Part shown: positions 41,821 through 50,988 of the stretch, piece after piece
Layout of the letters: the number at the start of each line of letters is the position of its first letter
How positions within the stretch are numbered: position 1 is the stretch's first letter
Virus record (IMG/VR): IMGVR_UViG_3300045391_002463
Direction: 5' to 3' (one strand)
DNA from: a virus
DNA length: 60,341 nt
Position numbers and translations under genes: made by a program
Notes under the pieces: generated by a model
Database searches by the model: none
Told to the model about the DNA's origin: nothing
The model's input: only the letters and a program-made list of their open reading frames with translations

Positions 41821-41880
41821 GTTTCGGTCGCACGAAGCGATGCTGTACGGAAAATGCGGCCAGATGTCCAAACTGTCAAG

Positions 41881-42849
41881 CTAGTGGATCCCGAGCACGT
41901 CTGCGGCATCGTCGGCAGCCCTGACCAGAGCCCGGGAGTTGAGCGCCCGGTCTGATCCGCCCTTGCTGATCGAGCTGATGGTCCTCCCCTCCCCGGCCAC
42001 CAGCCGCAAGGTCGTCAGGCCGCGGCCGTTGCGGCTTCCGGCTTGGACGCGAGTCTCGATGGCCTGAATGGTGATGCGGGCGCGCAGGCGTTTCTCCTGC
42101 CAGCCCTCGCCTTCACCGGATCCGGCGGCGCTCCCCATCTGAGATTTGAGGCCTTCGCGGACGGTCTCGAAGAGCGCGCGATAGCGGCACAGGGCGTCAT
42201 GCTGGTTCTTGTCGAGGCCGCCGGCGCTGAACAGGCTCTCTAGGCCGTCCCGCCGGGTCAGGCGCATCGAGCCGTCCCCTTCGATCTCGCCGCCGCGGCC
42301 CTTCTCCAGCGTCTCCAGCATGATCAGGTGCGCTCGCAAGGCCTCCTGCTCCTCGTTGTCGTTCAGGCCTCGCTCGATCTCGTGCAGCTCGTCCCAGATG
42401 GCCTGGCGTTCGTCCTTGGTCAGCGTCGGGAGTTGCAGCTTGCGGTGCAGCTTGTCGACGCGCTTCACCCGGGCTGGCGTGAGCCCGCGCTCCGCATCCG
42501 GGAGTTGGATCCGCTTCGGCGCCGGGCGCTCCGCCTCCTCGGCCCCGGTAAATAGCACGGCCATCAACTCGTCTTCCCAGGCCTCTTCGGTGCTGGCCAT
42601 GGCCTCGCGGCGGTCTTGGTCGGTGATGCCCCAACCGGCCTCGGCGGCGAGGATCAGGATCGCCAATTCCCGGCTGGCGAGTCCTGCCCTGGCCCGCGCT
42701 TCGATGCGGAGAACCTTCTGCTCCCGAATGGGCCCGAGCCGATCCACCGGGCACGGCAACACCATTGGGACCTCGCCGATCAGATGGATCGTGGGCCGGC
42801 GCGCGGCAGACGGCAACACAGCTTCCAGGTCTGCGATGGTCGTGGTCAT
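41881..42849 (-). CDS. hypothetical protein, possible late-gene regulator
   Basis: 322-aa track ORF. It is the last gene before a terminator and the packaging genes, and its C-terminal region is HTH-like. Confidence 0.4.
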   Translation of the reverse strand: MTTTIADLEAVLPSAARRPTIHLIGEVPMVLPCPVDRLGPIREQKVLRIEARARAGLASRELAILILAAEAGWGITDQDRREAMASTEEAWEDELMAVLFTGAEEAERPAPKRIQLPDAERGLTPARVKRVDKLHRKLQLPTLTKDERQAIWDELHEIERGLNDNEEQEALRAHLIMLETLEKGRGGEIEGDGSMRLTRRDGLESLFSAGGLDKNQHDALCRYRALFETVREGLKSQMGSAAGSGEGEGWQEKRLRARITIQAIETRVQAGSRNGRGLTTLRLVAGEGRTISSISKGGSDRALNSRALVRAADDAADVLGIH

Positions 42850-43865
42850 GCGACGCTCCTGGGCATGGCTTCGGTTTGGACGAGGATGCGGATGCCGCGC
42901 TGCTCGAGGGCCGGCACATCGGCGCGCAGCTTGCCGGCGACGAAGCTGTTTGGCGCCGTGATGGTTCGGCCGTCAGGCGCTTCGGCATAAGCGCAGGTGT
43001 CGAGGAACGAGACCGCCCAGCCCTCGCTCTTGTGGTCGACGACGTAGGCGCGGATCGCGGCGTTCGGGAACTTGGGGATCGCGGCCAGGGACGCTGCGCC
43101 GGCAGTCGCGGCCTCTCCGCCCGTGTACGATCCCTCGAGTAGCCGGCGCCAGGACTTGGGCTGGCAGACGAAATCTAGGTCGGCCCGCCAGTGTCGGTCA
43201 TTCTCGCCGCGGCAGTGCGAGCTTCGCTCCACTTCGGCGAGTGCGCTTCTCCAAGCAGCCAGACCGCCGGCAGCCAGCCGTGATCTGATCGCTTTCCGAC
43301 GCCCGTCGTCTAGGAGCTTGGCCTTGGGTAGGCCGCAGCGTTCGGCCAACGCGTTCCATTCATCGAAGGCTGTGCGGACGTCGTCCGGCTTGCCGGCGAC
43401 AAAGGATGCGTCAGCATCCTCCTCTTTGTTCTGCCTTCTGCTCTCTGGCTTCTGAGTGGTAGGGGGCCTTGAAGGGGGCCTTGAAGGCGCGGGATTTTCT
43501 TCTGCGTTTTCAGACACTTCTCTGAGCGCGGTTTCCTTGGCTTTTCGCCCAGCAACCGACCTCTTGTGGTCGTCGGTCATGCGCTTTGAGTAGATGACGC
43601 CTCCCCTCGTGCGGCGGAACACGCCAGCGTCGCCGAGCTCGACAAGCAGAGCTTGGACCTCTTCGACGTTGGTTCCGACGAGACGGGCGAGCGCGGCATC
43701 ACTCACAGGTTGACCGCCTACCAGAAGATGGCCGTAAGGAGATGCCTCGTGCATGGCGCACAGCATCTCAATCCAAAGCCCGCGGGCCGACAGCGACACC
43801 ACCCGAAGGGCTTGGTCGCCGCGCCAGTCGCGGGGATAGAACTTCATCCAGGGTTGGCTGCTCAC
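42846..43865 (-). CDS. DUF1376 (YdaU-like) replication-associated protein
   Basis: 339 aa. The N-terminal WMKFYPRDWRGDQALRVVSLSARGLWIEML is the DUF1376 pattern. It lies next to dnaB. Confidence 0.65.
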   Translation of the reverse strand: MSSQPWMKFYPRDWRGDQALRVVSLSARGLWIEMLCAMHEASPYGHLLVGGQPVSDAALARLVGTNVEEVQALLVELGDAGVFRRTRGGVIYSKRMTDDHKRSVAGRKAKETALREVSENAEENPAPSRPPSRPPTTQKPESRRQNKEEDADASFVAGKPDDVRTAFDEWNALAERCGLPKAKLLDDGRRKAIRSRLAAGGLAAWRSALAEVERSSHCRGENDRHWRADLDFVCQPKSWRRLLEGSYTGGEAATAGAASLAAIPKFPNAAIRAYVVDHKSEGWAVSFLDTCAYAEAPDGRTITAPNSFVAGKLRADVPALEQRGIRILVQTEAMPRSVA

Positions 43866-46342
43866 TAGCGCCCTCCCCGCGGTTCGCTGAAGTCGAGCGC
43901 ACGGCCCTCGAAGCGCCCCTCGCGGGCGAGGTTGCCGAACTTGGTCAGGTCGGAGTTGAAGGCCAGCTTGACGGTGCCGATGGGGCCGTGGCGCTGCTTG
44001 CCGATGATCACCTCGGCGAGGCCTTGGACCTTGCTCATGTCATCGCACCAGGTCAGGTGCTCGGCCGTGCCTTCGCGGGGCTCTGATCGGGAGAGGTAGT
44101 ATTCCTCCCGGTAGACGAACCACACCATGTCGGCGTCCTGCTCGATCGAGCCGGATTCGCGCAGGTCCGAGAGCATCGGGCGCTTATCGTTGCGCGTCTC
44201 GACCTGGCGGGAGAGCTGCGACAGGGCGATCACCGGAACGTTCAGTTCCTTGGCCAGCGCCTTCAGGCCCATGGTGATCGCCGACACTTCCTGCACCCGG
44301 CCATCGCTGGAGTTCTGGCGGCCGGCCGTGAGGAGCTGCAGGTAATCGACAACGATCAGGCTCAGGCCGCGGCGGCGCTTCAGACGGCGGGCCCGGGCGG
44401 CCAGCTTGCCAAGCGACAGGCCGCCCGTGGCGTCGATGTGGAGCGGCGCGCGCTCGATCTCAGCGGCGGCGTCGCGCAGGCGTCCGAACTCCGAGGCGTT
44501 GATCTCGCCCTTGCGGATGCGGTCACCGGAGACGCCGGCGACGTCGGCCAGGATGCGGAGGCCCAGCTGCTCGGCCGACATTTCCAGGGAATAGAAGGCG
44601 GCCGGATCGCCGGACTTGGCGACGTGAAAGGCGATGTTGGCCGCCAGGGCGCTGTTGTGCGTCACGATGTAGTCGTCGGTGATGTAGAGGGACGACGGAT
44701 GCGTGACCCGGATGCACTGCGTTGGCTCCTCACCATCCGACGCGATCGAGACGACGGTCGGGGCCCGGAAGCGCATCTCGGCTTCGCATCGGCGCTGCTT
44801 GCGCTTCAGGCTCAGCAACGAGGCGCGGTCTGGATGGCTCATGTTCAGGACGTAGCTGTCCAGGCCGTCGCGCTTCTCGCCCTTGTGGGTGAAGGTCGGC
44901 TTCTTGATCGAGACAGCGCAGACGCCGCCGACGGAACGGACGAGCTCTACTATGTCATCGGCCAATTGCCGGCTGGAGGTGGCGTATCGGACTGCGCCGA
45001 ACGTCTCCACCCAGCCGTCGGTATCCAGGAGCCCACGAAGAAGCTCCATGCGGCTCTCGCGGCTGGCGCTCTTGTATGCCGCAGGGATGAACTTCTCGGG
45101 AGAGCCCTTTCCCCAGAGCCCGTAATGTTGGAGCGCGCCGGTCAGGCCGTTCGCGACGCTCTGATTAAGGCGATAGTCGTAATCGCCTCCGGCCGACACA
45201 ACGCACTCGGCGCCGACCGCCTTCTGTACGCGGTAGAGAGTGGCAGCATCGGCCGTGCTGAACTTCAGCGTGCCCCCCGTCATGCCTCCATTGCCGATCA
45301 GGGCGCCGAGAAGCCAGGGGTCGATCAGAAGCCCGTCGTCCGAGCCGAAGTGGCCCGATGCGAGGGGCAGGCTAACCCGACGCTGGAAGCGCTCCTTCTC
45401 CAGCATCTTGGCCAGGCAATCGGTCTGCACGACCTTCCGGCCAGAAAGCTTGCAGCTGTCGATGGCCCACAAATGCTCGGCGCAGGCTCGCGTGGACCGC
45501 CCATCGCTGAGCGTCACTTTGAACACCTCGCGCCGCCCTTTCGGGAAGATCCCCGCCACGCGCGACGCCGCACCGTCAACGGACGCCAGTTCATCGCCAA
45601 GGCGCAAGGCGCCCATTGCCTTCCAAGACCCGTCCCGCATCAACACCCGAGCGTCCAAGGGTTGGGCTTTCCCCATGGACGGCCGGCCGGCGAGGATCAC
45701 GAGGTCGGACGGGTGAAGGCCGCCGATCAGCTGATCTAGGTCGATCAGGCCGGTGGACAGCCCCGACAGGCCGCCGTCTCGGGAATACGCCTCGGCGGCG
45801 ATGCCGATGGATGCGGCGACCACCTCGGAGAACTCGCGGAAGCCCTGCCCGCTTTCGCCCTGCTCGGCGAGTGTGTAGAGCGCCTCCTCCGCCGCGGCGA
45901 TCTGCTCAGAGGCTGGCGTGGCCCCGTCGTTCACCCCAGCGGCGACGGCCTGCCCGATCTCGAGCAATGCGCGGCGCAGGGCCAGGTCATAGACCTGCTC
46001 GGCGTACTCGGCGGCATTGAAGCCCGGCGGCGCCTTGTCGACCAGATCGGCGAGATAGGAGACACCGCCGAGTTCCTGATAGGCGCCGTCGGCTTCGAAG
46101 CGGCTGTGCAGGGTCACTGGCTCGGCCAGCTTGCCCTTGCCGATCAACTCGACCATCGCGGCCCACAGGCGGCCATGGAAGGGCTCGTGGAAGTGCTCCG
46201 CGCGCAAGCGGTCGGGCACGCGCTCGTAGGCCTGGTTTTCGTACAGCACCGCGCCCAACAGGGCCTGCTCGGCCGCGATGTTGGCGGGAGCGGCGTTCAC
46301 GGGCGTGGACGCAGATTGGTCCAAGGCGGCGATGGCGTTCAA
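43865..46342 (-). CDS. dnaB: replicative DNA helicase DnaB interrupted by an intein
   Basis: TTG start at 46342 with GGAGGA upstream (TTGA overlap). AEQALLGAVL, Walker A GRPSMGK | intein | SALAANIA, and the C-terminal SGSIEQDADMV motif. It lies inside track ORF 43865..46501. Confidence 0.9.
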   Translation of the reverse strand: MNAIAALDQSASTPVNAAPANIAAEQALLGAVLYENQAYERVPDRLRAEHFHEPFHGRLWAAMVELIGKGKLAEPVTLHSRFEADGAYQELGGVSYLADLVDKAPPGFNAAEYAEQVYDLALRRALLEIGQAVAAGVNDGATPASEQIAAAEEALYTLAEQGESGQGFREFSEVVAASIGIAAEAYSRDGGLSGLSTGLIDLDQLIGGLHPSDLVILAGRPSMGKAQPLDARVLMRDGSWKAMGALRLGDELASVDGAASRVAGIFPKGRREVFKVTLSDGRSTRACAEHLWAIDSCKLSGRKVVQTDCLAKMLEKERFQRRVSLPLASGHFGSDDGLLIDPWLLGALIGNGGMTGGTLKFSTADAATLYRVQKAVGAECVVSAGGDYDYRLNQSVANGLTGALQHYGLWGKGSPEKFIPAAYKSASRESRMELLRGLLDTDGWVETFGAVRYATSSRQLADDIVELVRSVGGVCAVSIKKPTFTHKGEKRDGLDSYVLNMSHPDRASLLSLKRKQRRCEAEMRFRAPTVVSIASDGEEPTQCIRVTHPSSLYITDDYIVTHNSALAANIAFHVAKSGDPAAFYSLEMSAEQLGLRILADVAGVSGDRIRKGEINASEFGRLRDAAAEIERAPLHIDATGGLSLGKLAARARRLKRRRGLSLIVVDYLQLLTAGRQNSSDGRVQEVSAITMGLKALAKELNVPVIALSQLSRQVETRNDKRPMLSDLRESGSIEQDADMVWFVYREEYYLSRSEPREGTAEHLTWCDDMSKVQGLAEVIIGKQRHGPIGTVKLAFNSDLTKFGNLAREGRFEGRALDFSEPRGGR
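44654..45667 (-). other. 338-aa intein with a LAGLIDADG homing-endonuclease domain, class-3-like (WCT) signature
   Basis: It begins AQPLDARVLM right after GRPSMGK and ends YIVTHN before Ser+1. It has EHLW (Trp after the block B His), QCIRV (Cys where block F Asp is usual) and THN. The LAGLIDADG motifs are LLGALIGNGG and LLRGLLDTDGW. Confidence 0.8.
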
Positions 46343-46773
46343 GCGCGATCCTCCGCGCGAGCGAGGGCGGCCATCCGCCCCGCATAGGCCCGGATGCCGT
46401 GGAGCACCGTCGTGTGGTCGCCGACGCCGACGATCCGGGCGATGGCGGGGAGCGAATAGCGCGGCCGGCCGTCGCTCAGCTTCACCTGACGCAGGCGCCA
46501 CATCGCCTCTTGTCGGGGCCAGGCGAAACAGCGCGAGCGGCGGTCGCAGCGCAACTCGATGACGGAGAGGCCATGGGACGCAGCGACCGCGGCCAGGATC
46601 AGGTCGTGGGCGGACTTCGCGGCGATATTGGCCTCGGCGATCCGCCGCTTTAGGGCGGCATTCTCTTCCGCGAGCGCCAAGGCGTCTCGCATCAGCCGAT
46701 TGGCGGCCAGGGTCTCGGTGACGAAGCGCTGTAGCGCCTCAGGGGTCGCGGTGGCGATGTCGGACGCGTCCAT
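46339..46773 (-). CDS. DnaA domain-IV-like DNA-binding protein
   Basis: 144 aa. WPRQEAMWRLRQV...SLPAIARIVGVGDHTTVLHGIR matches the DnaA C-terminal HTH. Confidence 0.65.
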   Translation of the reverse strand: MDASDIATATPEALQRFVTETLAANRLMRDALALAEENAALKRRIAEANIAAKSAHDLILAAVAASHGLSVIELRCDRRSRCFAWPRQEAMWRLRQVKLSDGRPRYSLPAIARIVGVGDHTTVLHGIRAYAGRMAALARAEDRA

Positions 46774-47366
46774 TACGCTGCCCTCGCTTCATCGAACTTG
46801 GTCGATTCCAGCCCCCAGGCCGTCCAGCCCGGCCGGCTCTCGCGGGCAAACATCTCGAGGCGCGGCCCGGCGCAGTAGGCCTCGATCCGGGCGAAGGTCT
46901 CGTCGGGCTTGCGGCTATGCTCCCGGCGCGCGGCGATCATCAGCTCGCGCACGGACTTCGACAGGCGCTTGGGGCTGCCCCGGCGGCCGAGCAGCAAGAT
47001 CTCGGAGTTCTTCCGGCTGGTGTAGCCCATGCCGACGTGGAAGTTGGCCGGCTGCAGGAACATCTCGTCGGCCGAGCGCGGGTTCAGCTTCACCCAGGTC
47101 AGGAATCCGGAGCTGTAGGAGAAGCCCCACGCCGCCATGACCTCCAGCGCCTGGGGCAGGTGCGGCCACGTCGTCCAGAGGAAGAGGTGAGCATGCTTGG
47201 CCGCGACCGCGCGCACGGGCAACGCCTTGATCTCCGCGAGCGGCATCGTCGGGTAGTGGTGGGACGGTGATCGGCGCGTCTGGCCTTTGGTCGAGCGGCT
47301 GGCGTGGTGCCAGGCCGGGTCGGCGAGGATGCAGGAGAAGGGGCCGGCGGGAAGATCGTGCGTCAT
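46773..47366 (-). CDS. MT-A70-family N6-adenine DNA methyltransferase
   Basis: 197 aa. It has ILADPAW (a DPPW variant), LFLWTT and EHSRKPD. Confidence 0.75.
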   Translation of the reverse strand: MTHDLPAGPFSCILADPAWHHASRSTKGQTRRSPSHHYPTMPLAEIKALPVRAVAAKHAHLFLWTTWPHLPQALEVMAAWGFSYSSGFLTWVKLNPRSADEMFLQPANFHVGMGYTSRKNSEILLLGRRGSPKRLSKSVRELMIAARREHSRKPDETFARIEAYCAGPRLEMFARESRPGWTAWGLESTKFDEARAA

Positions 47367-47608
47367 CCGAGGTGACCCTCCGGATGCACGGCGAGCGTCG
47401 CCTGGAAGTGGTCGACCACTCCGTCAGGGGTGCGGACGGGCTCCTTGAAGGCGTAGCGGACAACCCAGCCGCCGTTGAGGATCCGCAGCATGGCCAGCGG
47501 CTCGGGGCGGGCGCCGCGCATCATCAGCCTGACCAGATCGGCGTGGCCGGAGGGCTTGAGGCAGTGGTCGGCGATCTCGGCGGGGATTACATAGGACGGG
47601 CTGGTCAT
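47363..47608 (-). CDS. hypothetical protein
   Basis: 81-aa track ORF with overlapping stop/start packing. Confidence 0.5.
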   Translation of the reverse strand: MTSPSYVIPAEIADHCLKPSGHADLVRLMMRGARPEPLAMLRILNGGWVVRYAFKEPVRTPDGVVDHFQATLAVHPEGHLG

Positions 47609-47901
47609 GCGGCCTTCCCCGTCTTGAACAGGGCCTCGGCGGCGTCGACGGCTCGGCCCGACCCGGGCCGCTTTTGAAGTCCAGTGCTGGGCTTGGCGTA
47701 TTGCTTGCCGAGCATGGCCTTGAGGCCGGCCATGATGCCTTCCTGCACGGCCTGCGGCTCGGCTTTGAGGATCGCTAGGACGGAGGCGACGCGCGCCTTG
47801 GACTGGGCGGCAGAACGCTCTTCGCTGATCACAGCAAAGGCGTCCTCCATCTTGTCTTCGAGGGAGCGTCTATGGGTAAGGCTGCGGCGTTCTACGATCA
47901 T
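47605..47901 (-). CDS. hypothetical protein
   Basis: Start moved to ATG 47901 (ATGA overlap) within track ORF 47605..47931. Confidence 0.5.
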   Translation of the reverse strand: MIVERRSLTHRRSLEDKMEDAFAVISEERSAAQSKARVASVLAILKAEPQAVQEGIMAGLKAMLGKQYAKPSTGLQKRPGSGRAVDAAEALFKTGKAA

Positions 47902-48212
47902 GACGCCCTCGACTGAAGAAGCGCCGAGCACCGCTCGATGACGAGTTGAAGGCTACACGCGCTCAGGCGGGACAGGCCTTCGACGGTGTAGGGGGCGCCG
48001 GATCGATCGACCACTTCGAGCGACCGAGCGCGACCCGGAAAGCGCCGCAGATGGCCGCGCTCGACCAGCGCGTTGACGCACCGGAACACGCCGCTCTTGC
48101 TGGCGATGCCCATGTATTCGCGCAGCTCATCGTAGGTCGGACCGACGCCGTCGATGGTCAGATCCTTGATGCCGTCCAGGCAGAGCTTTTGCTGGGGTGT
48201 TAGGGGCGTCAT
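47898..48212 (-). CDS. LexA-N-terminal-type winged-helix DNA-binding protein
   Basis: 104 aa. LTPQQKLCLDGI...GPTYDELREYMGIASKSGVFRCVNALVERGHLRR resembles the LexA DNA-binding domain. There is no peptidase domain. Confidence 0.6.
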   Translation of the reverse strand: MTPLTPQQKLCLDGIKDLTIDGVGPTYDELREYMGIASKSGVFRCVNALVERGHLRRFPGRARSLEVVDRSGAPYTVEGLSRLSACSLQLVIERCSALLQSRAS

Positions 48213-48895
48213 CAGAGATACCGCCGAAGGCTGCGGGCCAGTTCGGAAGCGCTCTTCGGTCCGCGTGTCGGCACAGGTGCGAAGCAGATCTTGGCGTGCG
48301 CGGGGCAGTACGGAACACCATCATCCGTTGGCAGGCAGCAGAACAGGTGCTCTGAGACTTCCTCGCCCGAGGTTGGATACCGGCAGCCGCCGAAGTCGCG
48401 GTGCGACATGGGCAAGTTGAGTGAGCCGGCTACGGGCCCCTTCGTGCGGATAGGCGCGGCGCCGGATTGCGGGAACCTGGATCCCGGCCCGTGCATGACC
48501 AAGGCCAGAGCCGAGCCGTCGGCGCGTCCCGCGGCGATCTTGGGCTTGCTGGGGGCCGCCGGCCTGGCGTGGGTGACGACGTTTAGACGGCGCCCAGGGG
48601 CGTTGAGGTGGGATTGGGCATTCCGCGGGCTGTTGCCGCGGCCAGATCCCTTACCCGTGAGCCCGAGCCGGGACAGCTTGCCGATGATCGCGTTTCGCGT
48701 GACGCCGAAGCGTTTGGCGATCTGACTCCCGCTCAAGCCTTCGCTGTGGAGCGTCCTGAGGAACACGATCCGCTCGTCGCTCCAGTCGTAGGGGACGTGC
48801 TCGTCGCAGTAGAAGGCTCCGCTGGAGATCTGGTGCACCGCCCTGACCCGGCAGCCGGTCCGCCAGCAGATGCGGTCGTGAACGTCCTTGGCCAT
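48212..48895 (-). CDS. gcrA: GcrA-like cell-cycle regulator homologue with an extra N-terminal Cys/His segment
   Basis: 227 aa. WSDERIVFLRTLHSEGLSGSQIAKRFGVTRNAIIGKLSRLGL is the GcrA N-domain and CRYP...FCC...PYCPAH the C-domain. These are preceded by CWRTGC...YCDEH. Confidence 0.75.
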   Translation of the reverse strand: MAKDVHDRICWRTGCRVRAVHQISSGAFYCDEHVPYDWSDERIVFLRTLHSEGLSGSQIAKRFGVTRNAIIGKLSRLGLTGKGSGRGNSPRNAQSHLNAPGRRLNVVTHARPAAPSKPKIAAGRADGSALALVMHGPGSRFPQSGAAPIRTKGPVAGSLNLPMSHRDFGGCRYPTSGEEVSEHLFCCLPTDDGVPYCPAHAKICFAPVPTRGPKSASELARSLRRYL

Positions 48896-49401
48896 CAGGC
48901 GGCCCTCGCGTGGGATTGTTGGGAGCCGAAGAGGGCGATCAGCGCCGCTTCGGCGCGACCGTCGTCCTTGGCCCGGGTCCAGAAGTGGCAGTGGTGCGGA
49001 AGGAGCTCGGAGGCCCGGCCCCGCACAGCGTCGGTCTTGTCGGCGCCGCCCTTGACCACCAGGGCCCGCTTCCAGCGCTGGGGCCCGACAAGCTCAGTCG
49101 GAATGAAGTGAGCGGCACAGGCCATCCGGGCGGCCCAGAAAGACCCCCCGAAGCTGAAGGCCGAGGTGACGCCCATCTGCGGCGTCGGGCCGACCTGCTC
49201 GATGAAGGCGCGCAGCCGAAGATGCGACCAGCCATCGAGCAGGACAGCGAGGGCGAAGACGTCGATCTCTCGACGCTTTCCGGAGCCGCCGGCCTTGGGC
49301 AGCGTAGCGGTCGGCATGTCCCGAACATCGAGCGTGCCGCGCGAGGGGTCGTAGAGCGCGAGCGCGCCGTCCAGGCCGGGATCAATGCCGAGGAAGTGCA
49401 T
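48895..49401 (-). CDS. ruvC: RuvC-like Holliday junction resolvase
   Basis: 168 aa with FLGIDPGLDGA near the N-terminus and DDGRAEAALIA near the C-terminus. Confidence 0.7.
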   Translation of the reverse strand: MHFLGIDPGLDGALALYDPSRGTLDVRDMPTATLPKAGGSGKRREIDVFALAVLLDGWSHLRLRAFIEQVGPTPQMGVTSAFSFGGSFWAARMACAAHFIPTELVGPQRWKRALVVKGGADKTDAVRGRASELLPHHCHFWTRAKDDGRAEAALIALFGSQQSHARAA

Positions 49402-50132
49402 CAGGCCGCCTCGGAGCCTTCGGCTTCCGCGCGGCGCTCCATGAAGCCGCCGCGCTTCAGCTTCCTGGCCTCGGCGTCGATGGTGGCCGGGTCGAGGTCG
49501 GCGTCCTCGTCATCCGACTCATCGTCCTGATCTGCTGAGGTATCGCTGGAAGCCGCGGTCAGCCGGTTGCGCGTCTCCCAGGCCGCCGCCAGTTCCTTCT
49601 GCCCGTCGAGCCAGCGGTGCTCATAGGTCGGGACGCAGACGGGCGGGCAGCGATCCGGCGCGTCGCGGTCGAGGCCTTGCAGACCGGCCTGATAGCCAGC
49701 TTCGCCCCAGCGCGCCTGCTCGGCCGCCGTGTCGTCGCCCATGTTGGCGAAGAGCTCGCCTTGGGGGCCGCTGGGGAAGCCGAAGGTCTCGCGGGCGAAC
49801 GAGCGTTCCTCGTCGTACTCGCGCTGGCCACCTTCACGCAGCCGGTTGAGCGGTTCGATGATCTCGCGCTCGATGAACTTGCGGCTGTAGGTCTTGCCGA
49901 GCTCGATCTTGGCCAGGCGGTAGCGGTCGCCCAACTCCTTGGAGGCCTCCGCCGCTTCGGCCTTGATGCGGTCGACCTCGACCAGCTGGCGGCGGATGTC
50001 CGCGACGTGGGCCAACAGAAGGTGGCGCTTGTCGTCGTTGGCCGTGCCGGCGGAGTTGTGGCCGGGCCGCGCGGCCTCGGCATCAACCGTTGCAGTCCCG
50101 CTTTCAGGCGCAGTTTTTCGGGTCCTGGCCAT
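49401..50132 (-). CDS. hypothetical protein with an acidic tail
   Basis: 243-aa track ORF. Confidence 0.5.
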   Translation of the reverse strand: MARTRKTAPESGTATVDAEAARPGHNSAGTANDDKRHLLLAHVADIRRQLVEVDRIKAEAAEASKELGDRYRLAKIELGKTYSRKFIEREIIEPLNRLREGGQREYDEERSFARETFGFPSGPQGELFANMGDDTAAEQARWGEAGYQAGLQGLDRDAPDRCPPVCVPTYEHRWLDGQKELAAAWETRNRLTAASSDTSADQDDESDDEDADLDPATIDAEARKLKRGGFMERRAEAEGSEAA

Positions 50133-50231
50133 GCCAGCCTCCCCTTCAAGCGGCGATCTGAGAGGGGTCGGCCGCTTCCCCTATTCGGTCGATGCAGCCG
50201 GCGCCCACTCGCGGGGCGCGCGGCGGGTGGT

Positions 50232-50459
50232 TCAAGTACGCGTGGTGGCGGCGTAGTCGGCGGCCAGGGCGCGCTGCGCTTGGTCGATCGGGCGATGACC
50301 GCCGTCGACCGCGCCGTTGCGCCAGCCATGCCAGAAGGAAAGGGAGCGGTTGTCGCCGGGCTCGGGCTCACCGGCCCTGCCGTCGTGATAGCCGGCGATC
50401 AGCTCGTCGGTATCGAGGCCTTCAGCCTCAGCCTTGGTCCTGATCGGGACGCGGCTCAT
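50232..50459 (-). CDS. hypothetical protein
   Basis: 75-aa track ORF. Confidence 0.5.
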   Translation of the reverse strand: MSRVPIRTKAEAEGLDTDELIAGYHDGRAGEPEPGDNRSLSFWHGWRNGAVDGGHRPIDQAQRALAADYAATTRT

Positions 50460-50956
50460 CGGGCGCCCCGAGCCCGAGTGCTCTCAGGCGCGCTTCCGCT
50501 GACCTGATCAGCGCCACTCCGCGCTCTGCCTTCGCTGTCCCGGCCCGAAGCATCGCCTCGCCCCGCAGAAGCCTCGTCCATGCGAGCGGCGCTCGCCAGA
50601 AGCTGCGCACCCTCCTCGCGGAGGCGACGAACGTTCGAAAGTCCATGCTCGGCCTCCCTTAAGGCGGCGGTGATCCGCCGTTCTTCGAAGTCATAGAACG
50701 TCTCGCCGTAGAGTTCATCGCCGAGCCGGTTCCACAGCTCGCGACCCTCGGCGGCCAGCACCTTCTGAAGCGTGGTGACGCTCAGGTGGCCCTTGTGCAG
50801 GTTCTTTGCCGTGTCGAGGTCTATCCCTACGCCGCGGGCCAAGTCCTTGGCTGTGCGATAGCGCTGCGCCAGCAACGCGGCCAGGGCCTCGGCCATGGAC
50901 CGTCCGAAAAGTTGCCTTCCGAGGGGCATGTAACCCGCTCCTGTCCGAGCCATCAT
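50456..50956 (-). CDS. HTH-containing early protein
   Basis: 166-aa track ORF. TAKDLARGVGIDLDTAKNLHKG is HTH-like. Confidence 0.5.
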   Translation of the reverse strand: MMARTGAGYMPLGRQLFGRSMAEALAALLAQRYRTAKDLARGVGIDLDTAKNLHKGHLSVTTLQKVLAAEGRELWNRLGDELYGETFYDFEERRITAALREAEHGLSNVRRLREEGAQLLASAARMDEASAGRGDASGRDSEGRARSGADQVSGSAPESTRARGAR

Positions 50957-50988
50957 GAGGATGACCTTTCCGACAGGAGTTCACGGGG

